Shown here: positions 1 through 10,452 of the stretch, one piece after another
How the letters are laid out: every line of letters starts with the position of its first letter
Position numbering within the stretch: the first letter of the stretch is position 1
Assembly: GCA_023701245.1 (NCBI GenBank)
Contig: JAMPXK010000003.1
Span: 7,566 to 71,565 of the forward strand
Direction of reading: 5' to 3'
DNA: 64,000 nt
Source: Elusimicrobiales bacterium
GTDB taxonomy: Bacteria > Elusimicrobiota > Elusimicrobia > Elusimicrobiales > UBA9959
The notes under the pieces: generated by a model
Databases searched by the model: none
What the model saw: the letters and a program-made list of their open reading frames with translations, nothing else
What the model was told of the DNA's origin: nothing
Program-made: the position numbers and the translations under genes

Positions 1-714
1 CAGGGTGTTCACCGTCGGTCGGCGGCCCACGCTGAGGACGGCGTCTAAAACTTCGTGTCCCAGCTTTACCCGGGCGGCAAAGATGCCCGGCGGCAGTATC
101 TTGGCGGGGTGCGCGCCGATGTTGGCCGTGGGGAAGCCCAACTTGCGCCCCAGGCCCGCGCCGCGGATCACCGGGCCGCTTACGCTGTACTCCCAGCCCA
201 GGCACCTGTTGGCTTCCTGCACCCGGCCCTCGCGCAGGTGGGCGCGGATAAGGCTGGAGGAGATCTTGTGCCCGCCGCGCCTGGCGAAGGCGACCGCGCG
301 GAAAACCATGCCCGCCTGGCGGCTGGCCGCGCGCAGGAAATCCAGGTGCCCCTCGCGCCCGCGCCCGACGGCAAAATCGGGTCCCACGCAAAGCCCGCCG
401 CCCAGGAAGCGGTCCAGCAGCACGCGCGCGAAGAAGTCCTCCGCCGGCATGGCGGCCAGTTCCCTGGTGAACACCAGCGGCTCCACGCTGTCCGGGCGCA
501 GGGAAGACAGGAGGGCGTCGCGTTCCTCGGGCAGGGTGATAAGGCAATTCTGAGTCTCGCCCGAAAAAAAGAACTTGGGGGGGAAAGGGAAATAGATCAC
601 TCGGCTTTTCATGCCGCGGCGCAGGGCTTCCCGCACGGCCGCCTTGACGATGCGGCGGTGGCCCAGGTGTACCCCGTCGAAAGTGCCGACGGCCAGGAAG
701 TTAATGCTACGCAT
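1..714 (-). CDS. ribF: bifunctional riboflavin kinase / FMN adenylyltransferase (3' end outside window)
   Basis: Own minus-strand translation from ATG at 714 gives MRSINFLAVGTFDGVHLGHRRIVKAAV (GTFDGVHLGH FAD-synthetase motif). The frame stays open to position 1 (...SVGRRPTVNTL, riboflavin-kinase part). Absent from the ORF track because it runs off the edge. Start overlaps the truB stop by 8 nt. Confidence 0.85.
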   Translation of the reverse strand, partial: MRSINFLAVGTFDGVHLGHRRIVKAAVREALRRGMKSRVIYFPFPPKFFFSGETQNCLITLPEERDALLSSLRPDSVEPLVFTRELAAMPAEDFFARVLLDRFLGGGLCVGPDFAVGRGREGHLDFLRAASRQAGMVFRAVAFARRGGHKISSSLIRAHLREGRVQEANRCLGWEYSVSGPVIRGAGLGRKLGFPTANIGAHPAKILPPGIFAARVKLGHEVLDAVLSVGRRPTVNTL

Positions 715-1420
715 TGGCGCCCTCCGGGACCGGCACCAGGCGGGCGGCGGCCTCTTCGGGGGTCATAGCGGCCAGCGCCTGGGCCGTTACGGCGTTGGCG
801 ACGCTCCAGCGGCCTATGGCGAGGCGGCGCAGGGCGGACAAATGCGCCCGGGAACCCAGCAGGCGGCCCATTTCACAGGCGATGGACCGCACATAGGTGC
901 CGCCGGAACATTCCAGTTCGAAATCCAGCGCCGGGGGACGCGCGGCCCAGGACAGCCAGCGCACGTCGGCCTGGCGTTTTATCTCGGGAACTTCCTTGTT
1001 GGCGCGGGCGAGTTTGTAGCGCGCCTGCCCGCCGCTGCGCACCGCGGAATAGGCCGGAACGCTCTGGATGATCCGGCCGCTGAAAGCCTGGACGGCCTTC
1101 CTCAGAGAATCCTCGTCGAACGCCGGCGGCGGAGCTTCCGCCACTACCTTGCCCTCGGCGTCCCAGGTGTCCGTCTCCGCGCCGAAAAGTATGGTGCCGC
1201 AATAGGTCTTGGCAGAGCCCTGGAGCGAGGCCTGGGAGCGGGTGGCCTGGCCCACCAGCAGTATGAGCAGGCCGGTGGCCATGGGGTCCAGCGTGCCGCT
1301 GTGGCCTATGCGCCGGATGGAGAGCTTGCGGCGCAGCAGGCCTACCGCGTCGTGGGACGTGATGCCTTTGGGCTTGTCGAAGAGCAGGAGGCCGCAGGGC
1401 GGCAGGGCGGGCTGGACCAT
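707..1420 (-). CDS. truB: tRNA pseudouridine(55) synthase
   Basis: 237 aa; LLLFDKPKGITSHDAV and GHSGTLDPMATGLL (catalytic Asp motif); conserved position downstream of rbfA. Confidence 0.95.
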   Translation of the reverse strand: MVQPALPPCGLLLFDKPKGITSHDAVGLLRRKLSIRRIGHSGTLDPMATGLLILLVGQATRSQASLQGSAKTYCGTILFGAETDTWDAEGKVVAEAPPPAFDEDSLRKAVQAFSGRIIQSVPAYSAVRSGGQARYKLARANKEVPEIKRQADVRWLSWAARPPALDFELECSGGTYVRSIACEMGRLLGSRAHLSALRRLAIGRWSVANAVTAQALAAMTPEEAAARLVPVPEGANA

Positions 1421-1423
1421 GAG

Positions 1424-2410
1424 CTAAGCCAGCAGGCGGGCGAGCACCGAAACCACTTTTTCTTTGACTGCGGGGAGGGCGCCGCGCATACGGCAGCCGG
1501 AGGCGTTGCGGTGGCCGCCGCCGCCGAAAGCCTTTGCGACCGCGCTGACGTCCAGGTGGCCGCGCGAGCGGAAGGTGACGCTGATGCGGTCCTCTTCCTC
1601 CCGGAACATGACGGCCGCCTTTACGCCGGGCGGCATCATGCCGAAATTTATCACGTTCTCGCTGTGCTCGGAACGGGCCCCGAATTCCTTGAAGTCGGAA
1701 GCCAGCAGGGTCAGCACCGCCAGCCGGCCGCCGCTCCTGAGCTGCAGGCTTTCCAGCGCGCGGCCGAGGATCTTAAGGGATTCGCAGGCCTTGGTGGCGT
1801 AAAGCAGGTCGTTTATGCGGGAGAACTTAAAGCCCGTCTCCAGCAGGCGGGAGGCGATCTCCAGCGTGCGGGGGGTAGTGGCCGGGAAATGGAAACGGCC
1901 GGTGTCGGTAACGATGGCGGTATAGAGGCAGGTGGCTTCCCGGCGCGTCATGTTGACGTTCATGTTGTAGAACAGGCGGTAGACGATCTCGGCGGTGGAG
2001 GAGGAGTGGGGCTCCACGATGTTGATGTCCCCGTAGAACTCGGAGGTCTTGTGATGGTCGATGTTGACCACCTTGCCGCAGCGCCTGAGCACCGGCTCCA
2101 GCGCCCCGCCCCTGGAAGGGGTGGAGCACTCCAGCAGTATCGCGGCGTCGAACTTGCCCACGGGCATCCTGGAATGGATGTTCTTGACGTGGGGCAGGAA
2201 GCGCAGGTTCTCGGGGACAGGGTCCTGCGAGAACAGGCGCACTTTCTTGCCCAGGCGCTTGAGCACCGAGCCGATGGCCAGCATGGAGCCTATGGTATCC
2301 CCGTCCGGGTTCAGGTGGCCCGCCAGGAAAAAGGTCTGCGAGCCGGCTATCAGTTCCTCGAGGCGCTTGAACTCAGTTTCGAGGTCCAGTGTTCTCATCG
2401 GTTTTGTCAT
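1424..2410 (-). CDS. DHH/DHHA1 phosphoesterase (NrnA-like oligoribonuclease/pAp phosphatase)
   Basis: 328 aa; GHLNPDGDTIGS, NIDHH and FGGGGHRNASG (DHHA1) motifs; 38-nt overlap with rbfA, so an alternative start at 2398 is possible. Confidence 0.85.
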   Translation of the reverse strand: MTKPMRTLDLETEFKRLEELIAGSQTFFLAGHLNPDGDTIGSMLAIGSVLKRLGKKVRLFSQDPVPENLRFLPHVKNIHSRMPVGKFDAAILLECSTPSRGGALEPVLRRCGKVVNIDHHKTSEFYGDINIVEPHSSSTAEIVYRLFYNMNVNMTRREATCLYTAIVTDTGRFHFPATTPRTLEIASRLLETGFKFSRINDLLYATKACESLKILGRALESLQLRSGGRLAVLTLLASDFKEFGARSEHSENVINFGMMPPGVKAAVMFREEEDRISVTFRSRGHLDVSAVAKAFGGGGHRNASGCRMRGALPAVKEKVVSVLARLLA

Positions 2411-2753
2411 GTTCGGAGCGTATCTTGCTGAAGATGTCCTCGATATGGGACGCCTTCTCCGGCGTCTCGTCGAACTTGAAGATCAGTTCGGGGACGTTCT
2501 TGAGGCGCAGGCGCTTGAAGAGCAGCGAGCGCAGGTCCCAGGCGTTGGCGTTGAGCAGCAGCTGCTTGCGCCGGCGGTCGTCTTCGCTCCCCATTACGGA
2601 GTAGTAGACGTAGAGGACCTTGCAGTCGCTGGTCAGGCTGGCGCCCGTAAGCGTCAGGATGCCGTGCGTGTTAACGCCGTTGACATTGCGCAGGGCGCCG
2701 CTGATCTCCTGGAGGAAGAGTTCCTTCAGGCGCTCGTTGCGTTTGGAGCCCAT
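2373..2753 (-). CDS. rbfA: ribosome-binding factor A
   Basis: 126 aa; RbfA-like N-terminus (NERLKELFLQEISGAL); directly downstream of infB. Confidence 0.85.
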   Translation of the reverse strand: MGSKRNERLKELFLQEISGALRNVNGVNTHGILTLTGASLTSDCKVLYVYYSVMGSEDDRRRKQLLLNANAWDLRSLLFKRLRLKNVPELIFKFDETPEKASHIEDIFSKIRSEHDKTDENTGPRN

Positions 2754-2756
2754 AGG

Positions 2757-5244
<2,488 letters not shown>

Positions 5245-5270
<26 letters not shown>

Positions 5271-6600
5271 TTTTCACCTCTTCAGCAACGGGAGCTTCTT
5301 CCTGGACGGGCTGCTGGCCGTAGTTCGGATTCTCTTCTATGAATTTCTTGGCGCCGGCCAGTATCTTCTGGGCGGTCTTCTCGCCTATGCCTTCGAGGGA
5401 GCAGAGCTCCTCTTCGGTAAGGCCGGCCACCGTGCGGATGTCCAGGACGTTCATGGTGATGAGCGTCTCGGCCACCTTGGAGCCTATGCCGTCTATCTTG
5501 AGCAGGTCCTGCATGGCCATGTCGGTGGTGCGCTTGTTCTCTTCGTTGCGCTGGCCTTCGGACTTCACCTCTATCTCCCAGCCGGTCAGGCGGCTGGCAA
5601 GACGGATGTTCTGGCCCTCGCGGCCTATGGCCATGGCCAGCTGGTCGTCGGGGACTATCACCTGGGCGCGCTTGCCTTCCTTGTCGAGCACCTTAACGGA
5701 GCTGACCGTGGCGGGGGAGAAGGACTTGGCGATCATGGTCAGCGTGTCCTCGATGTAGGGGATCAGGTCGATCTTCTCGTTGGCGAGTTCGCTCATGATG
5801 ACGCGGATGCGGGAACCGCGGATGCCTACGCAGGCGCCCACGGGGTCCACCTTCGGGCTGTTGCTGCGGACCAGCACCTTGGCGCGGAAGCCGGGGTCGC
5901 GGACCACGTCCACTATCTCTATGACCTTCTCGGCGATCTCGGGCACTTCGGCCTCGAACAGGGCTTTCAGGAAGTTGCCGGACGCTCTGGAGAGGACGAT
6001 CTGCAGGCCCTTGTTCTCCTTGTCGACGCGGTGAATGATGGCGCGCACGCGCTGGTTGACGCTGTAGTGCTCGCGGCGGATCTGCTCGGAGAAGGGCAGG
6101 ATGGCCTCGGCCTTGCCGAGGTCCACGAAGATGTCGCGGCCGGCCACATGGTGCACCAGGCCGGTGACGATCTCGCCTTCGCGGGGCTTATACTCGTCGA
6201 AGATGCGGACCTTTTCGATCTCGCGGATCTTCTGGATGAGCACCTGCTTGGCGGTCTGGGCCGCTATGCGGGAGAAATCCTGGATCGGCACGGGAATGTG
6301 CACGTCTTCGCCCATTTTGGCCTCGGGCATGTGCTTCTGGGCCTCCTCGAGGGTGATCTCGAGTTCGGGGGTGACCACCGGGTCGGCGACTTTCTTGACC
6401 AGGAAGCCGGCCATTTCACCGGTCTCGGGGTCTATGCCGGCCATGATCTGGGCGGTCTTTCCGAAATACTTGCGCAGCGCGCTCACCAGCGAGTCGGTGA
6501 TGGTCTTGAAGACGTCCTCGCGCTTGATGTTCTTCTCGCGCTCAAGCTGTTCGAGCGCCAGTAAAAGGTCCGATTTGTTCTTCTGTTCCTTGTTCGTCAT
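5245..6600 (-). CDS. nusA: transcription termination/antitermination factor NusA
   Basis: 451 aa; S1 plus KH signatures (GEIVTGLV, GACVGIRGSRI, AIGREGQNIRLA); between rimP and infB; 26-nt overlap with the infB start. Confidence 0.95.
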
Positions 6601-6614
6601 GATATACCCCTGTG

Positions 6615-7082
6615 TTATTTTCCCTTCTTGAAGATCTCGTCGTCGGCCGGGTGAAGCCGGGCCTCGTCGATATCTTCAAGGCTGAATTTTAAGTCGCCGG
6701 CCAGGAGGACCTGTCCGTTTTCAAACCCGGTTATGACGCCGTAGAATACGCGCGCGCCGTTCACCGGGCGCTTCAGGCGGACCTTGATCTGCTGGCCCGC
6801 GAAGCGCTTGAAATCTTTTTCCTTTTTGATGACCCGGTCCATCCCGGGCGAGCCGACCTCGAGGAAATAGCCGTTCTCGTAAAAATTGTTCGTGTCGAGG
6901 CACTCCCCGACTTTTTCGCTGAGCACGGCGCAGTCGTCGAGCAGCACGCCGCCCGTCTCGCGGTCCACAAAAAGCTGTATCAGCGGCTTGCCGTTATGGC
7001 TGGCCAGCTTGAGGTCCACCAGCTCGAACCCGCTCTGGGCGAGGGTGTCCTCTATCGCGCTCTCTAATTTTGACTTGTCCAT
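6615..7082 (-). CDS. rimP: ribosome maturation factor RimP
   Basis: Track ORF is 6615..7166, but RimP-like sequence begins at MDKSKLESAIEDTLAQSGFELVDLKL (ATG at 7082); immediately upstream of nusA. Confidence 0.85.
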   Translation of the reverse strand: MDKSKLESAIEDTLAQSGFELVDLKLASHNGKPLIQLFVDRETGGVLLDDCAVLSEKVGECLDTNNFYENGYFLEVGSPGMDRVIKKEKDFKRFAGQQIKVRLKRPVNGARVFYGVITGFENGQVLLAGDLKFSLEDIDEARLHPADDEIFKKGK

Positions 7083-7189
7083 AAAAATCGCCCTATCAGT
7101 AAAAAAAGCGGCCTGAACAACAGCCACCTTCCATATATAATAATAGCAATTCCTCCCGGATAACACAAGCGGCAGGCGGCGGCGGCAGC

Positions 7190-7211
7190 CGATTTTACAC
7201 CGATTTTACAC
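7190..7211. repeat. perfect tandem 11-bp direct repeat (CGATTTTACAC x2) in the rimP/MFS divergent promoter region
   Basis: Read directly: 7190-7200 and 7201-7211 are identical; preceded by a GGC-repeat tract. Confidence 0.9.
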
Positions 7212-7242
7212 GCGGCCCGCCCGCGGCAGACCGGCAAAAAGT

Positions 7243-7248
7243 TATAAT
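7243..7248 (+). promoter_or_regulatory. -10 hexamer TATAAT, 6 nt upstream of the MFS ATG (candidate leaderless promoter)
   Basis: TATAAT at 7243-7248, then TTCTC... and ATG at 7255; no SD; no good -35. Confidence 0.45.
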
Positions 7249-7254
7249 TTTCTC

Positions 7255-8697
7255 ATGGATACCCCTACACATTCCGGAGCATATCGTTTCCGCCGCGCCC
7301 TTAACTGGGTGCCTCTCGGCTTCGCCTACGCGTTCCTCTACATGGGCCGCTACAACCTCACGGTCTCCAAGAGCGTGATGGGCGACGCCCTTATGACCAA
7401 GGCCCAGTTCGGCGAGATCTTCGCCGTGGGCGCCTGGGTCTACGCCCTCTCTTTCCTCGTGACCGGCCCGCTGGCCGATAAGCTCGGCGGCCGCCTGGCC
7501 ATGCTCATTGGCACCGGCGGCGCGCTGCTGGTGAATTTCCTCATGGGTCTGGCCCTGTATGGGATGGCCAACTGGGGCTGGAACGTGTCCGTCTTCAGTT
7601 CGTTCATGCTGCTCTATGCGCTGAACATGCACTTCCAGAGTTACGGCGCCATCTCCATCGTAACGGTCAAAGCTCCCTGGTTCCACGTGCGCGAGCGCGG
7701 CACCTTCTCCACCATCTTCGGCGCGATGATAGCCTTCGGCCTGTACTTCGCCTTCGACTGGGGCTTCGCCGTGGCCGAAGCCAGCCGCGCCGTCACCGGG
7801 GCGGAGCCGTCCGTGATGGCCAGGGTCTTCGCGTACGTCTTCAGCCTGGGCGGCACCGGCGTGGACCAGAACTGGTGGCTGTTCTTCATCCCGGCCATCA
7901 TGCTGGCCTTCTTCTGGCTCATCATGTTCTTCTTCCTGCGCAATAACCCGAGCGACGCCGGCTACCAGGATTTCGACACCGGCGAGGAATCGGTGTCCGC
8001 CTCCGGCGAGCGCCTGCCCGTGAAGCAGGTTTTCGTGAAGATCCTGACGCACCCGGTGCTGCTGGTGGTCTGCGGTATAGAGTTCTGCAGCGGCGTCATC
8101 CGCAACGGCGTCATGCAGTGGTACCCCATCTACGCCGCCGAGCTGGGCTTCAAGAAAACTTTCTGGGTGTCCAACAACTGGGGCCTGATGCTGCTGCTGA
8201 CGGGCCTGGCGGGTTCTTTCCTGACCGGCTGGTGCTCGGATAAGCTCTTCCAGTCCCGCCGCGGCCCCATGGCGGCCATTCTCTACGGCGTGATGGGGGC
8301 GAGCGCCGGCGTGATGGCCATGACGCTGGGCGCCAATCTCTGGTGGGCGGGTGCCGCCACCATGCTCATCTCCATGTCGGTGACCGGCGTGCACGGCATC
8401 CTGTCGGGTACTTCCACCACGGACTTCGGCGGCGCCAAGAACGCGGGCGCGGCCACGGGCATAGTGGACGGCATGGTGTACCTGGGCACGGGCCTGCAGT
8501 CCATCGTCATCGGCCATATCACGCCGGTGGGCGAACTCGCCAAGGACCCGGCCAACTGGAAAATGTGGCCCGTTTTCCTGGTGCCTTTCTCTATCATCGG
8601 CTTCTTCCTCGCCATGAAGATCTGGAACGCCCTGCCCAAGAAGGCGAAGCAGCCCGTCGCCGTCCCCGCCGAGCCCGAATACCAGCCCGGCACCTAG
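7255..8697 (+). CDS. MFS transporter (organophosphate:Pi antiporter / GlpT-UhpC-like)
   Basis: 480 aa, about 12 hydrophobic segments; N-terminus WVPLGFAYAFLYMGRYNLTVSK resembles the OPA family; followed by an intrinsic terminator. Confidence 0.8.
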   Translation: MDTPTHSGAYRFRRALNWVPLGFAYAFLYMGRYNLTVSKSVMGDALMTKAQFGEIFAVGAWVYALSFLVTGPLADKLGGRLAMLIGTGGALLVNFLMGLALYGMANWGWNVSVFSSFMLLYALNMHFQSYGAISIVTVKAPWFHVRERGTFSTIFGAMIAFGLYFAFDWGFAVAEASRAVTGAEPSVMARVFAYVFSLGGTGVDQNWWLFFIPAIMLAFFWLIMFFFLRNNPSDAGYQDFDTGEESVSASGERLPVKQVFVKILTHPVLLVVCGIEFCSGVIRNGVMQWYPIYAAELGFKKTFWVSNNWGLMLLLTGLAGSFLTGWCSDKLFQSRRGPMAAILYGVMGASAGVMAMTLGANLWWAGAATMLISMSVTGVHGILSGTSTTDFGGAKNAGAATGIVDGMVYLGTGLQSIVIGHITPVGELAKDPANWKMWPVFLVPFSIIGFFLAMKIWNALPKKAKQPVAVPAEPEYQPGT

Positions 8698-8717
8698 CCG
8701 CAAGTGCTCACAACCAA

Positions 8718-8750
8718 GGACCGCCGGGCTCTCCCGGCGGTCCTCTTTTT
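8718..8750 (+). terminator. intrinsic terminator of the MFS gene
   Basis: GGACCGCCGGG-CTCT-CCCGGCGGTCC followed by TCTTTTT. Confidence 0.85.
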
Positions 8751-8797
8751 ATAGACCGCTAAAAGTCCGGTCGGGACTGACTGGGGGTGCGGGGTCG

Positions 8798-8996
8798 CGC
8801 ACACCGTGCTGGGCGGCCTACCGTGCCGACCGGAACGCAAAACGCGTTCGGCCACACCGTGGCCTCACTCATCATTCGGATTCGGCGCTGCGCAAGCCTC
8901 ATCCTCACGAAGGTTTTGCTAACCCGGTCGGCACGGTCTCCGCCCAGACTTCTCCATTTGGGAATACGGTTATATCGTGTCGCTTAGCTCCACCCG
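8798..8996. repeat. structured intergenic repeat, copy A (mosaic; core hairpin 8811-8945)
   Basis: Shares exact or near-exact blocks with copies B and C: CGCACACCGTGCT, CGGAACGCAAAA, TCGGCCACACCGTGGCC, GGTTTTGCTAACCCG, GTGTCGCTTAGCTCCACCCG. Outer stem: CCGTGCCGACCGG (8821-8833) pairs with CCGGTCGGCACGG (8924-8936); GGGCGG pairs with CCGCCC. Confidence 0.8.
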
Positions 8997-9009
8997 AGGT
9001 ATTAGAATG

Positions 9010-9033
9010 AAAAAGCCCCTTGCGGGGCTTTTT
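9010..9033. terminator. bidirectional intrinsic terminator (serves the minus-strand DUF1116 operon end)
   Basis: AAAAA-GCCCC-TTGC-GGGGC-TTTTT, 20 nt beyond the stop at 9054. Confidence 0.8.
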
Positions 9034-9053
9034 CGTCCGGCGCGGGCTTCGAT

Positions 9054-10448
9054 CTACTTCATGTTCCGGGCGAAGTGTTCGAAGGCTTTTACGAAGGGCT
9101 CGGGGGGGGCGCTGAGCACGCCGGCGCCTACCTGGCCTATGCCCGCTTTCTTGTGGGCCACGCCGGTGTCGATGAACGGCAGGATGCCGGACTTGGCAAC
9201 CTTGATGACGTCTATGCCCGTGGGCGTGCCGCGGAAGTTCAGGTAGGGGATCTTGTAGATATTGTTCTCGCCCGCCGTGATCTCGTACATGGCCAGGGTA
9301 TAGCTCACCGCGTCCGCCGCCGTGCCGCCCACGAACTGCACAATGGCCGGCGCCGCCGCTATGGCGAAGCCGCCCAGGCTGTTGGTCTCGGTAATGGCCG
9401 AGTCGCCTATGTCCGGGTTGGCGTCCGCCTTGGTGTAGCCGGGGAAGTACAGCGCGTCCGGCACGGGCGCGGGCCCCGTGAACCAGCGCCCGCCGGTGCC
9501 GGCCAGCTGCACGCCGAACTCGGTGCCGTTGCGGGCCATCACCACCACTACGGAAGAGTCCTTCACGTCCCGGGCCGCGTCGAGCGAGGCCTTGGACAGC
9601 GCCATGCTCAGGTTCAGGAAGAAATGGTCGTTGCCGTTGATGAACTCCAGCACCTTGGCCGCCGTGCCCGGGTCGCGGGAGGTGTTGATGACCGCCGGGG
9701 CGATGGCGCGGTAGAACAGCGACGTGCCGGCGCGGTTGCGGTTATGCACCTCGTCGCCCATGTGCAGGGCCTGCGCCACCATGGACTTCAGGTCTATCTT
9801 GCCCAGGAACTCTATGGCGTCCTTGAGCGTCGGGTAAAGCACCTTCTCCATCCAGCGCAGCCGCTCTATCACTTCGGGCGAATAGGCGCCGTAGCGCAGC
9901 ACCTTGCCCAGGCCTTCGTTCTGCGTGGCGTAGGCGTAATTGCCGTGCGCCTCGTTCTTCACGATGAAGACAGGCATGGAAGCCGAAATAATGCCGGCCA
10001 TCGGCCCGACGGCGCTATGCTCGTGGCAGGGCTCGTACTTGATCTTGCCGGAAGCCGCCAGTTTCTCCGCTTCCAGGGGGTCCTTGGCCAGGCCCTCGTA
10101 CATCAGCGCCGCCATGATGCCGCCGCGCATGGGGCCGCACATGTCGGCCCATTTCACGGGGGGGCCGGCGTGCAGGATAAGGTTCTTCTTCATTCCCGGG
10201 ATCACGTCCAGGGCGATGCCCATGCCCACCAGCGCCGGCTTGGCGGCCAGGATCCTCTCCAGCGCTTTCGCGTTGGCCTTCTGGATGCGGGCGGAGTACT
10301 TGGAAGCCCTGGCGAAAAGCCCCGCCTCCTGAGAGAGCGGCGGCTTGAACTGGACCTGCACGTTCTTCACGCCGGTATCGTTCAGGCCCTGCCGGAAGGA
10401 TTCCAGGCCGATATTGATGACCTTAAGCTCGGATTCGAAAAGTTTCAT
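9054..10448 (-). CDS. DUF1116 protein (YlbE/AllG-like, FdrA partner)
   Basis: 464 aa; recognised as YlbE-like from sequence memory (ILHAGPPVKW, EPCHEHSAVGPMAGI); 4 nt downstream of an FdrA gene. Confidence 0.75.
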   Translation of the reverse strand: MKLFESELKVINIGLESFRQGLNDTGVKNVQVQFKPPLSQEAGLFARASKYSARIQKANAKALERILAAKPALVGMGIALDVIPGMKKNLILHAGPPVKWADMCGPMRGGIMAALMYEGLAKDPLEAEKLAASGKIKYEPCHEHSAVGPMAGIISASMPVFIVKNEAHGNYAYATQNEGLGKVLRYGAYSPEVIERLRWMEKVLYPTLKDAIEFLGKIDLKSMVAQALHMGDEVHNRNRAGTSLFYRAIAPAVINTSRDPGTAAKVLEFINGNDHFFLNLSMALSKASLDAARDVKDSSVVVVMARNGTEFGVQLAGTGGRWFTGPAPVPDALYFPGYTKADANPDIGDSAITETNSLGGFAIAAAPAIVQFVGGTAADAVSYTLAMYEITAGENNIYKIPYLNFRGTPTGIDVIKVAKSGILPFIDTGVAHKKAGIGQVGAGVLSAPPEPFVKAFEHFARNMK

Positions 10449-10452
10449 GGAT

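Noticed and set aside
5-768. Plus-strand ORFs 5..553 and 55..768
   Set aside because: Antisense to a clearly recognisable ribF (GTFDGVHLGH motif) that the ORF track missed because it runs off the window edge.
7195-8703. 502-aa minus-strand ORF
   Set aside because: An exact antisense mirror of the MFS transporter gene. The plus-strand product has about 12 TM helices and a terminator, while the minus-strand product is a charged low-complexity sequence.
8763-8996. RNase P RNA-like strings: AAAGTCCGG (8763-8771), GGGTGCGG..GCGCAC (8785-8802), CTCCACCCG (8988-8996)
   Set aside because: They resemble short pieces of bacterial RNase P RNA conserved regions. However, the region lacks the P4 3' strand (ACAGAACCCGGCUUA-like) and most helices. 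It is also too short after the CUCCACCCG block. The same blocks recur in repeat copy B, so they belong to the repeat family.
8787-9246. ORFs 8787..8987 and 8977..9246 (and 52904..53086) lying over the intergenic repeats
   Set aside because: The nucleotide blocks conserved between repeat copies fall in different reading frames: GGCCACACCGTGGCC reads GHTVA in copy A but ATPWP in copy C. Conservation is therefore at the nucleotide or structure level, not the protein level. There is also no SD.
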